A stretch of DNA of 64,000 bases from a virus (Duplodnaviria; Heunggongvirae; Uroviricota; Caudoviricetes), in the IMG/VR virus record IMGVR_UViG_3300020050_007388, positions 15,730 to 79,729 of that record. One strand, given 5' to 3'. The notes beneath the pieces are model-generated. The model was given only the letters and a program-made list of their open reading frames with translations. It was not told where the DNA came from and did not search any database. Below, one piece after another: positions 41,024 through 49,289 of this stretch (positions are counted from its first letter, which is position 1; each line of letters begins with the position of its first letter). The position numbers and the translations under genes were made by a program.

Positions 41024-41218
41024 TCATATTTTCTCTTTAGAAATATTTGGCCTTCCAAAAAGTTTATCCATTGTAGGTCTTGCCCAACAATGTTTTACTT
41101 TATAACCAAATTCTGGACCAAATTCTTCAATAAATTCTTGCTCTGTTTTAAATCTAAATTTCGTTTCCGGACTCATGAGGAATATATTTAAACATTTTTT
41201 TATTAATACACCAACCAA
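41024..41218 (-). CDS. small protein, tandem paralog of 41154..41462 (possibly one gene disrupted by a frameshift)
   Basis: KFRFKTEQEFIEEFGPEFG ... LFGRP repeats RFRIKTEEEFIEEYGENW ... LFGRD of the neighbour. The two ORFs overlap by 65 nt in different frames. Confidence 0.35.
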   Translation of the reverse strand: MVGVLIKKCLNIFLMSPETKFRFKTEQEFIEEFGPEFGYKVKHCWARPTMDKLFGRPNISKEKI

Positions 41219-41462
41219 GAACTCTTAAGTCTGCATTTAAACCCATAAATTTTTGAAGAGCTTTTGAATTTTCACTAATCGGAATATCTCTACCAAATAA
41301 ATGTCTATCCATTCCATTAACCCAAGCAGGAACTTGCTTTCTCCAATTTTCACCGTATTCCTCTATAAATTCTTCTTCAGTCTTAATTCTAAATCTTAAA
41401 TTATCTAATGTTAACCCTATTTCTAATTCCATTTTCATAATAATCTTTATGTATAGATTCAT
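41154..41462 (-). CDS. small protein with EEFIEEYG motif (102 aa)
   Basis: See the repeat described for 41024..41218. Confidence 0.4.
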   Translation of the reverse strand: MNLYIKIIMKMELEIGLTLDNLRFRIKTEEEFIEEYGENWRKQVPAWVNGMDRHLFGRDIPISENSKALQKFMGLNADLRVLGWCINKKMFKYIPHESGNEI

Positions 41463-42150
41463 CTAGTTCATAATGAAAATTCCATCCCATTTTTTTAGAA
41501 TGCTCAGAACGTCTTTTAGCTAATAATCTGGCTCTTTCAATACCATTAGTCCAACTTCGCCATTTAGTGTGATACATGTTAGGTTGACCTTTACTCCAAA
41601 TAACAATAAGACTTTCAATTCCAATTGGATTTGCAGAATGACTCCCTGGAGCCAGATTAATTTCCACCAATCTTTCTGGTTGAAACAATACTGGTTTACA
41701 ATAACCTGCTGATTTACAGCCTTGGGTTAGAGTATTAATAGTATCTTCTTCTGTACCAAACATTTCATATCCTTCACAGTGAAAAATGTCAACAAGTGGT
41801 TTTTCTTCTAAAAATTTTGTATTAATATCAACTAGTTCATCAGCATCAACAACTAGACACCATTTAGCTTTAGATTGTTTCCAACAACTATTTCTAATAT
41901 TCATTAAAGTTTGTTCATCCATATAACCGCCTGTGTCATATGGAATAACTTTACACTCATTGTCTAGTGCTATCTCAACAGTTTTATCATCAGACATGTT
42001 GTCATAAACTGTTATTGCACAATTTGGAACTCTAGATCTGTACCATTTAATAAAGTCTAATAAGATCTTTTCCTCATTCCATGTACAAACAAATACTTCT
42101 AATAAAGGATTCATTTGATCTGGAGTTAATGGGTGGTTTAATTCATTCAT
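41401..42150 (-). CDS. GT2-family glycosyltransferase (GT-A fold)
   Basis: FVCTWNEEKILLDFIKWY ... ITVYDNMSDDKTVEIA (GT2 N-terminal signature) and DxD-like CLVVDADELV. Confidence 0.5.
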   Translation of the reverse strand: MNELNHPLTPDQMNPLLEVFVCTWNEEKILLDFIKWYRSRVPNCAITVYDNMSDDKTVEIALDNECKVIPYDTGGYMDEQTLMNIRNSCWKQSKAKWCLVVDADELVDINTKFLEEKPLVDIFHCEGYEMFGTEEDTINTLTQGCKSAGYCKPVLFQPERLVEINLAPGSHSANPIGIESLIVIWSKGQPNMYHTKWRSWTNGIERARLLAKRRSEHSKKMGWNFHYELDESIHKDYYENGIRNRVNIR

Positions 42151-42301
42151 ATTTTTAAAATTAAACTAACCCAATCTATCACTAGAAAGGGTTAGTTATA
42201 TTATTTCTTTTTTAAAGTATCGTTAACATCGTTAACAGCCTTAATAAGTTGGTCAAGTCCAAACAATATTAGAATTGTGCAAACAAAAATAGTAAATGCA
42301 G

Positions 42302-43600
42302 TCATTCTACAACCTCCTCTTCTTTATCCAAAGCTTTAGTTTCCATTTCAAGGAAAGCTTTAGATTTTAATTTGTAGGTCATTTTATTTTCAGATTCATT
42401 TCTAATGCAAATACCTTCTGCAGGAACCTTCTTAGTACAATATGTACAATTTTGTTCAAGATAAACTCTTTTTAAAGATTCCAAAAAGGTTTCTCCAATA
42501 TTAGAATTTTGAACACACCAACCTTTGATTGTTCCATAAAATAATTCTGGAACATGTTCCAACTGATGTTCTCTACAGAAATCTTTAATTTCATCCCATG
42601 AGTATTCTAATACTGCTCCCATACGAGTTGTCTGAGTTATTCTGTAAACTAAGAACTTATGTTCTCCTGGCTTACAACCATAATCATAACCAGCTTGAAT
42701 CATCTTCTCTCCAGTATAACCTACAATTTCTCCATAAATAGTATAACTTTGGAACAGTTTGTCTTTAATCTCTTCAAACACTTTCCCCCAAATATCAGAG
42801 TTATAATATCCTCCTTCAGGTGTATTGTATTTACCTTCAACAGATTTAATAACTGTTCTACTAGAATACATCTTAGAATACTCTTTAGTTTTTACATCAG
42901 AACCAAAGAATTTTTTAACTTTTTCCCAAAATGAAAGTTTTCTTTTAGTTAGAAGATTGGAGAATACTGCTGAAGTTCCATGCCATTTATCTGTAATAAC
43001 AATTTTATCATCTTCATTCTGAAACTTCCAAATATTATCTTGAAGTTTAGAAGTACTGTAATGGAAGTTAAACTGTCCTGGAATAAGGATGTCATTTACT
43101 TTAAGTATTTTCTTTTCTCCAGTTCCACCACCAGATCTAACTTCTTTAATTACAGGAACATATTTTTGGCAGATAGTATAACCATCTATTGTGTCAAACT
43201 CTTGGTTTATAAATTGTTGAGCTTCTCCAATAATGTCTAAATATGAGATACCTAAAACATTCATTATCTCGGAATAAGGTAAAACCATTCCTTCAGACAT
43301 TATTCCTCTAAGTTTTACAGCTCTAACCCTACCAGTCTTATGAACATAACCTGCTATATTCTTATCTTCATTCAAATCTTTATCTGAAAACAAATTCATT
43401 TTAGATAGAATCTTTTGATCTATCTGACATTCAATTGGAAAATAGATACATATATCTCCAGATTGTCTAGACATATCAGTGATAATTTCATACCCATTAA
43501 CGGAAAATATCTGTAAACGATTTGCATTAGGATGGACTTTAGGAATACCTAATTGTACAACTTTTGCAAGATAGTTAGAGGGTGTGTTAATTGTTAGCAT
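42302..43600 (-). CDS. Rnl2-like RNA ligase (covalent nucleotidyltransferase) with ~200-aa N-terminal extension
   Basis: Motif I KWHGTS (KxHGxN/S, RNA-ligase type rather than KxDG), motif III TIYGEIVG, motif IV EGICIR, motif V KLKSK, in canonical order and spacing. Confidence 0.55.
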   Translation of the reverse strand: MLTINTPSNYLAKVVQLGIPKVHPNANRLQIFSVNGYEIITDMSRQSGDICIYFPIECQIDQKILSKMNLFSDKDLNEDKNIAGYVHKTGRVRAVKLRGIMSEGMVLPYSEIMNVLGISYLDIIGEAQQFINQEFDTIDGYTICQKYVPVIKEVRSGGGTGEKKILKVNDILIPGQFNFHYSTSKLQDNIWKFQNEDDKIVITDKWHGTSAVFSNLLTKRKLSFWEKVKKFFGSDVKTKEYSKMYSSRTVIKSVEGKYNTPEGGYYNSDIWGKVFEEIKDKLFQSYTIYGEIVGYTGEKMIQAGYDYGCKPGEHKFLVYRITQTTRMGAVLEYSWDEIKDFCREHQLEHVPELFYGTIKGWCVQNSNIGETFLESLKRVYLEQNCTYCTKKVPAEGICIRNESENKMTYKLKSKAFLEMETKALDKEEEVVE

Positions 43601-44264
43601 ATTTTGTTATTTTATATTTTTTAGAAGTACCTCTTTGCATAATGTGTAAAACACCTCCATATGAAAGATTTAAACACTCTGCTATATTTTTAAGAGAATC
43701 GTGCATTATAAATACTCCATGTTGATAAAAGAAAAATTTCTGAGACCTAACATTTTCCCGTTTTGCAAAATTAAACGTCTTTATAATTTTTCTAACAGTA
43801 ATACGATTAATACCTAACTGTTTTGAAATTTCAATAATTTTTAAATCTTTATTATAAAGATCGTAAACAGCATCTTTATAATTTTCTATAAATTGTTTTT
43901 TGGTTAATGCAATTTTACTAATTGTACTAGGAGAATGTTTTAACCCTAAAATCCCTCTACCTCCATCAGTGAGGTTAACCAAAGACCCCGTTTTTATATT
44001 TCTTCTTCCGTATAACTTAATAAACTCTCTTTCTTTTATATCAAGAAAATTATTATCGCTGGTTTCAAAAATAATCTCTACTCTATATTTAGTTTTAGCA
44101 ACAATTCTATTCCAGAAAACACCTCGCCTTGTAGAAATAAATGCTCTAGCATAAAGATTTCTATAAGAGTTGTCTCTCTTACTTTTTGTGCCAATTCCAA
44201 TATAAAACGGAACATTTTTATCTAATCTAATGTGACGATAAATAAAATATTTATCCTCTTCCAC
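43587..44264 (-). CDS. GIY-YIG homing endonuclease with C-terminal HTH-like DNA-binding region
   Basis: YFIYRHIRLDKNVPFYIGIGTK ... R ... NLYARAF matches the GIY-YIG core. C-terminal KQLGINRITVRKII is helix-turn-helix-like. Confidence 0.6.
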   Translation of the reverse strand: MEEDKYFIYRHIRLDKNVPFYIGIGTKSKRDNSYRNLYARAFISTRRGVFWNRIVAKTKYRVEIIFETSDNNFLDIKEREFIKLYGRRNIKTGSLVNLTDGGRGILGLKHSPSTISKIALTKKQFIENYKDAVYDLYNKDLKIIEISKQLGINRITVRKIIKTFNFAKRENVRSQKFFFYQHGVFIMHDSLKNIAECLNLSYGGVLHIMQRGTSKKYKITKYANN

Positions 44265-44269
44265 GATAG

Positions 44270-44563
44270 TTACTTTGATTTTTTATTATTAACATTTAGA
44301 TATTCACCGTTTATTAAATATTCAAGTACTTTATACCGAGCTTCTTTTAAAGAGATTTCAATTGGTCTTCCCACACTTTGTTTAGATGTAGTCATTCTCA
44401 AAGTAGAAACTTTTCCATTATTGAAATAAAAAAATCTAGGGTAACCATCCAATTCAGTATTTCTAAGTGAAACACCCAATGTCTTTTTACCTCCATCGTT
44501 CCTGACAACTTTAATTCTAAGCTTAAATTTACTATCGTGAATTGTTGGATATAGCTTTTTCAT
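44270..44563 (-). CDS. hypothetical protein (97 aa)
   Basis: ORF only. Confidence 0.4.
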   Translation of the reverse strand: MKKLYPTIHDSKFKLRIKVVRNDGGKKTLGVSLRNTELDGYPRFFYFNNGKVSTLRMTTSKQSVGRPIEISLKEARYKVLEYLINGEYLNVNNKKSK

Positions 44564-44565
44564 AT

Positions 44566-44847
44566 TTATCGTCTTTCATTTAAAAGATAGTTTAAAATTA
44601 ATCGTTTAGCTTCTTTAGATTTATGTTCTCCAGTTACAGTAACAGAATAGTCTCCAAGAATTAATTGCCATTGTATTATTACATATCTCGGTTTATAAAC
44701 TTTTAATGTAATATCTCTAACATCATAATCCCTACTGGAAATTCTTAAATATGCCGTATGCTTACTATTTGGATAAACACTCGTATATCTATCAAAACTT
44801 AAAGTATATTTTGTATCTCCAAGTTCAAATTGTTTAAAAGTTCTCAT
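44566..44847 (-). CDS. hypothetical protein (93 aa)
   Basis: ORF only. Confidence 0.4.
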   Translation of the reverse strand: MRTFKQFELGDTKYTLSFDRYTSVYPNSKHTAYLRISSRDYDVRDITLKVYKPRYVIIQWQLILGDYSVTVTGEHKSKEAKRLILNYLLNERR

Positions 44848-45121
44848 TTAATAATCTTTCTATAGTTAACAATTGAGCTTGTTTTCTAGTAATATCAACT
44901 TTATAAATAGCTGTAAATGGAGATCTATATTCATAAATAGCCCCATATTTAATACAAGATCTATAAAATGCAAATCTAATGGTCAAATCATTTAAATATT
45001 TAACTGGAGTCAAATGTAAACTATAGGCTCTATCAGGATGACCTTTTACAGTAAACTCAATTTCCCATTCTAAGTCATGAATGAAAATTCTTTTCTTTAA
45101 AACAGTAATATTTGGTTGCAT
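44834..45121 (-). CDS. hypothetical protein (95 aa)
   Basis: ORF only. Confidence 0.4.
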   Translation of the reverse strand: MQPNITVLKKRIFIHDLEWEIEFTVKGHPDRAYSLHLTPVKYLNDLTIRFAFYRSCIKYGAIYEYRSPFTAIYKVDITRKQAQLLTIERLLNENF

Positions 45122-47046
45122 CTTTCAATCTCAGCTATAATTGTGTTTACTTTAGACAAATAAAACTTATAGTCAATATTATAATTTTCTAACTCTTGAT
45201 GTTGGTTATAAATCATAATACCTGTATCACTTAACATATGAGACCTTGTATAAATATTGTCTGTAATTTTAGTCTTTTTATTCAACCTTTCAACCCATCT
45301 ACATTTATATAAATATCCACCTTTAGTAGAAGCATAATATCTATTCAATCTTTGTTGTTTAACTCCTTTCCATTCAACAGTATAACTTCTATCTACCTTT
45401 TGGCTAGCACAGAAATCATAAATATGAAATTTACTCCAATCAACATCTTCAGGCTTAATCCCTTTAACAAAATATTCTTCCAGTAATTTAGGAATAATTA
45501 AGAAATCAGAGCTGTTGCCCAACTCAGGTTGAGTGACAAACATTCCTTTTTTCTTCAATTGCCCATTTTCTAAAATTGCAATATAATCATTAACAGAGCT
45601 ATAAATGATACTTCTGTAATTTTCACTTTCAAATTGAACATTAAACTTTTCCTCAACTTCTTTAACTAATTGGAAATAAGTTTGCATTTTATCATTAGGT
45701 ACAATAACCTCCAAACCATCAGTATTTAGACTAAGTACTTTGAAGCCATTTAAAATACATTTTTCCATTAGAAGTAAAAGAATTAATTGTCCTCCACATC
45801 TAACTTTCATAATCCCTTCAGAGTTAAACAACCATGAATACTCTAAATCCAATAAACCTGAAACACCATTTAAAATTAGTTTATAAAACAAATCTTGCTG
45901 GAAGAAGTTAGTCCATTCAGGAGAACCTTTGGAGTGTTGTTTCATTCCAGGTTTGGTTTCTGTAATCCGTTTAGTTTTAAAAGACTTATAGATATTTAAA
46001 ACTTCTGGAAATCTGAATGCATTCCAATTCTCAATGTTAGTTGGGTACATTGCAGCCACATCCGAAGTCAAGATTGTATGTGTATCTGTAGTATGATATA
46101 TTTCATTATTATTTACTGAATGAATACCACCTACACCACATGTAACTTGTATTGGATGATCTTTAGTACCAGTAAGAAATGTTTTATTAAATGTGTCCAC
46201 TGAATTACACCATTCAGAATATAGCTGTTTTAATTCAGGTAATTGAAACTCTATATTTAGATCTTTTAAAAGTCTTCCAAAATGTATTACAGGACGATCA
46301 AATCTTAGATCTCTTGTACTCTTTTCATCCTTCTTGGTAATCTTACAGTATTCTTTTAATAATGTCTCTGAAGCAATTTTAGGGCCATCCATAGACCATG
46401 CATTAATACCATAGTCTTTAACAACTTGTCCTCTTAATTGTATAGTTCCCAAGTTACCTAATGGAACTTTACTTTTACCTTCAAAAGCTTCTGTCAATAA
46501 CCTAAGAATACCTAAATCATGTTGAAGATTATAGTTCTTTAATTCAGCTCTTTGATCTTTATCTAGAATCATACTAGGATCAAACGGTAATTCCTGTATA
46601 GTATGATAACCTAACTGAATTCCCAACCCCTTCAAACTAATCTTTTTAGATTGTCTTAAACCTTTACTCCAATAAAGATATAAATCTACATTAGTAAACT
46701 TCCAATTAAAATATTTGTAAGGTTTAAGAGATTCAAAATTACCTTCTTCATCATTAATAATTTTATCTGAAAAGTTTTTCAAGTTTCTACATACTTCATA
46801 CCATCCTACACCTGGCCACCATCTATTTTTCTGACCATAAGCAAGAACCATATTGTCATAATGTAAACCATTAAAACTAATCCAAAAACCACTGTATTGG
46901 TTTAAGAATTTATATAGTTCTTGCCTTTGATCTATATCCTCAGCTATCTCAAAACTAGTTTTAATACCAGTTTTATAATCTTCAACACCTAATAAGAAAT
47001 ACTGAGGAAAAACTTCACAATCTATAAGTAACTGTTCCATAATCAT
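45097..47046 (-). CDS. DNA polymerase, family B-like, with 3'-5' exonuclease domain (compact, 649 aa)
   Basis: Exo I LIDCEVF (DxE), Exo II FNGLHYDNMVL, Exo III YNLQHDLGIL, motif A SDVAAMYPTNI (DxxSLYPS-like), motif B KLILNGVSG (Kx3NSxYG-like), motif C SLNTDGLEV (DTDS-like). Confidence 0.6.
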   Translation of the reverse strand: MIMEQLLIDCEVFPQYFLLGVEDYKTGIKTSFEIAEDIDQRQELYKFLNQYSGFWISFNGLHYDNMVLAYGQKNRWWPGVGWYEVCRNLKNFSDKIINDEEGNFESLKPYKYFNWKFTNVDLYLYWSKGLRQSKKISLKGLGIQLGYHTIQELPFDPSMILDKDQRAELKNYNLQHDLGILRLLTEAFEGKSKVPLGNLGTIQLRGQVVKDYGINAWSMDGPKIASETLLKEYCKITKKDEKSTRDLRFDRPVIHFGRLLKDLNIEFQLPELKQLYSEWCNSVDTFNKTFLTGTKDHPIQVTCGVGGIHSVNNNEIYHTTDTHTILTSDVAAMYPTNIENWNAFRFPEVLNIYKSFKTKRITETKPGMKQHSKGSPEWTNFFQQDLFYKLILNGVSGLLDLEYSWLFNSEGIMKVRCGGQLILLLLMEKCILNGFKVLSLNTDGLEVIVPNDKMQTYFQLVKEVEEKFNVQFESENYRSIIYSSVNDYIAILENGQLKKKGMFVTQPELGNSSDFLIIPKLLEEYFVKGIKPEDVDWSKFHIYDFCASQKVDRSYTVEWKGVKQQRLNRYYASTKGGYLYKCRWVERLNKKTKITDNIYTRSHMLSDTGIMIYNQHQELENYNIDYKFYLSKVNTIIAEIERCNQILLF

Positions 47047-47735
47047 TTATATTTCCAAGATTTGGGATTATGTTTTGACGGAAGTTTTTGTTTACCCCTT
47101 AAAACAAGACTTAAATGTTTATAGGAAAGATTATTTATCTTACACATCTCTGTGAGAGATTTGTATTCTTTAACTACTGTACCATTTTCCATTTCTAATA
47201 CAGGTTTTGCCCTCATTCCTTCAATAGATTTCCAATTTTTAGGTATCTTACCTTTTAATGCAGCACTTACTTTTTGACTTATAAGCCTCCTTGTTTCTAG
47301 TGGTATAATTCCACCTCCTGTGTGTCCATCATGAGAACAGTTGAATCCTAACTTAACACAATTAAATTGCTTAATATAAAATTCTTCTCTTGATCTTGAT
47401 ACTGATTTATCACATAATTCAACAATTTCAAATACTAAATTCTCAAAACCATATTTGTTTACATAATTTTGTAATTTTGGGGAGTGATGTGTTCCAGCTC
47501 GTAAAGACATAATATGGTGATACAGTCTAATATAAAATCCAACCCTAAATTTTTTATATCTACCTGAATTAGTTTGTATTGCACTTCCAATGTAAACTCT
47601 TTTCTTAACATCATTACTAAAATAAAGTTTGTATATTCCAGTAGCAGATATTAATTTAGGATCTTTTGGCAATAACTGTAAAACCTTATCTTTTACAGAA
47701 AAACACTCTATATCAATTAGCTTCTGTTCCATCAT
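47043..47735 (-). CDS. GIY-YIG homing endonuclease; first 12 aa mimic the DNA polymerase N-terminus
   Basis: TGIYKLYFSNDVKKRVYIGSA ... R ... H matches the GIY-YIG core. N-terminus MMEQKLIDIECF compared with polymerase MIMEQLLIDCEVF. Confidence 0.65.
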   Translation of the reverse strand: MMEQKLIDIECFSVKDKVLQLLPKDPKLISATGIYKLYFSNDVKKRVYIGSAIQTNSGRYKKFRVGFYIRLYHHIMSLRAGTHHSPKLQNYVNKYGFENLVFEIVELCDKSVSRSREEFYIKQFNCVKLGFNCSHDGHTGGGIIPLETRRLISQKVSAALKGKIPKNWKSIEGMRAKPVLEMENGTVVKEYKSLTEMCKINNLSYKHLSLVLRGKQKLPSKHNPKSWKYK

Positions 47736-47925
47736 GACTTGGAAAATGTAAACTTAAAATAGAATCTCTATCTAAAACATGGGAATATTCTTTAATTACA
47801 ACTTCTAAACATTTCCTAACATACCATTCAGCATACTCTTTCATACATAAATCTATACATTCTTCATAATCAGTATAACCTCCTTCTAAAATAATACGTT
47901 CTTTTATTTCTTCAATTTTTGTCAT
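47713..47925 (-). CDS. hypothetical protein (70 aa)
   Basis: ORF only. Confidence 0.35.
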   Translation of the reverse strand: MTKIEEIKERIILEGGYTDYEECIDLCMKEYAEWYVRKCLEVVIKEYSHVLDRDSILSLHFPSHDGTEAN

Positions 47926-48260
47926 ACTATGTCTAATATTTTATTTGAAAATAAGATACTTGATATTTCAGTTCCCTGATAAATAATCGGATCAAATTTT
48001 ATCTCTAAAAATTTAGTTCCTGTTCCTCTACCAGTAATTGATTTAATCACTACATCAATGTCTTCTAAATTAGTATAATCATACCAATTATTAGGATCAC
48101 TAAACTCTTCCTTAGTTGTAAATACCTGATATTTATAATGGGTGCCAAAATTACTTTTTGGTCCATATTGTGCAAACCATAACTTTACAGTTTTACCTTC
48201 ATACAATCTTTTCAACTCATTATTAATTAATGTCTTCCAACTTGATATTTTTATTCTCAT
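47922..48260 (-). CDS. hypothetical protein (112 aa)
   Basis: ORF. ATG overlaps the stop of the upstream helicase exon 2 (ATGA at 48257-48260). Confidence 0.5.
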   Translation of the reverse strand: MRIKISSWKTLINNELKRLYEGKTVKLWFAQYGPKSNFGTHYKYQVFTTKEEFSDPNNWYDYTNLEDIDVVIKSITGRGTGTKFLEIKFDPIIYQGTEISSILFSNKILDIV

Positions 48261-48406
48261 AGTTTATCTAACAACTGTTTAAGATTACTGCAATATATAA
48301 ATGGAGCATTTAACTCTTCCGTCATACTTTCAAACCACTTTTCTTCTTGAGTTCCTGCAGTTAAATGAATTATAACATTACCTACTTGTTTGTCCTGTCT
48401 TAGCCT
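48257..48406 (-). CDS. SF2 helicase, proposed exon 2 (motif VI arginines plus C-terminal tail)
   Basis: In-frame RLRQDKQVGNVIIHLTAG...; an in-frame TGA lies ~17 codons upstream at ~48458. Joining to exon 1 after ...QMVG recreates motif VI QMVGRLRQ. Confidence 0.45.
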   Translation of the reverse strand, partial: RLRQDKQVGNVIIHLTAGTQEEKWFESMTEELNAPFIYCSNLKQLLDKL

Positions 48407-49289
48407 CTTTTTGTCAATACAGTTATTTCTCTCAGATGTCAACCTGGACTGTATTCCTACTTTTCAATAGGGATCGGACTATATCTTTATTCAGAGTACT
48501 CTGAATATCTACTGTTTCAGAAAGATTGACTTCTTTCCTACCCTTATTACTAAGGTATTACTTAGATATTTTATATTCCATTGAAGGAATAATAAAATTA
48601 CGAATAACATTTGCTAATTTTCTACCTTCTTTTAATCTACAAACCAAAGCAAAATTATTTTTCATTTTTCTCTGTCCAAACTGAACATCATATTTAGATT
48701 TAAACCAATCAATTATTATTTGATTATCTTCTTTTGATATACAAGTAGACAATGTTGAAATTGAAGACCGAATATTGTTATTAGGTTTACAATATTCCAT
48801 GCTACAACTACCATCATCCATCCACCATATTGCTATATGAATAGGTTCTAGCTTGTTTAAAATCTTTTGAGAAATAACTTTTTTGTTATCTGGATATAGA
48901 ACTCTTCTAAGAAGTTTAGTGTAATCTGATATTTTAACTCTAAAACCAACTTGTTTAAAGTTTCCAGAATCTCTATATAATACACCAGAATGAGTAAGTA
49001 ATGGTCTAATTAAATCGGCTTTATATTTCACATACTCTTCCTGATTAATAGAATGCCACACTTCAATTCTACCATTTTTATCAATACTTCCGTCTCCTAT
49101 ACACATTGATAAAAGCAAATGTCTATGTTTTTTTGTAATTTTCATATCTCTTACGCTATTGCGAAGTTTAAATTGTAATTTTAGTCTCTACACACGCCCG
49201 GAATATAAATTCCTGCTTGGCTCGGTATTCCCATATCATTTTTTGACTTAGGGTTCACCGAATTAAATAGAATTATGGGCAAGCTATTC
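48407..49289 (-). mobile_element. putative group I intron (~883 nt) carrying a LAGLIDADG homing endonuclease ORF, inserted in SF2 helicase motif VI
   Basis: Helicase ORF ends abruptly at ...TQMVGE* right at motif VI; continuation is in-frame 0.88 kb downstream. A double-motif LAGLIDADG ORF lies between. Proposed 5' exon ends in U (ggu) and the intron ends in G (aaaag), as group I introns require. The ORF-free flanks carry palindromes (e.g. cagagtactctg at ~48491). Confidence 0.5.
48558..49145 (-). CDS. LAGLIDADG homing endonuclease (two-motif, monomeric type)
   Basis: LLLSMCIGDGSI (motif 1) and IAIWWMDDGSC (motif 2) about 95 aa apart, typical of double-motif LAGLIDADG enzymes. Confidence 0.75.
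   Translation of the reverse strand: MKITKKHRHLLLSMCIGDGSIDKNGRIEVWHSINQEEYVKYKADLIRPLLTHSGVLYRDSGNFKQVGFRVKISDYTKLLRRVLYPDNKKVISQKILNKLEPIHIAIWWMDDGSCSMEYCKPNNNIRSSISTLSTCISKEDNQIIIDWFKSKYDVQFGQRKMKNNFALVCRLKEGRKLANVIRNFIIPSMEYKISK

Noticed and set aside
40973-41191. Plus-strand ORF ending ...KSKFRFRTHEEYI that seems to share the KFRF-KTE motif with the minus-strand ORFs here
   Set aside because: The near-palindromic DNA (aaatttagatttaaa) encodes K-F-R-F on both strands by coincidence. The plus ORF lies antisense to well-supported minus-strand genes and is a shadow ORF.
23737-44429. Plus-strand ORFs scattered through the minus-strand block (e.g. 23737..23922, 25471..25662, 28268..28654, 29884..30162, 30734..31183, 33508..34001, 34866..35069, 38470..38655, 42659..43240, 43900..44429, 51708..51938, 53488..53688, 53968..54150, 55822..56033, 56246..56874, 57518..57775, 58896..59234, 61007..61225, 62733..62969)
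   Set aside because: All lie antisense to longer minus-strand ORFs with recognisable domains or consistent gene packing. Translations are Phe/Leu/Ile/Ser-rich low-complexity, typical of antisense frames in AT-rich DNA.
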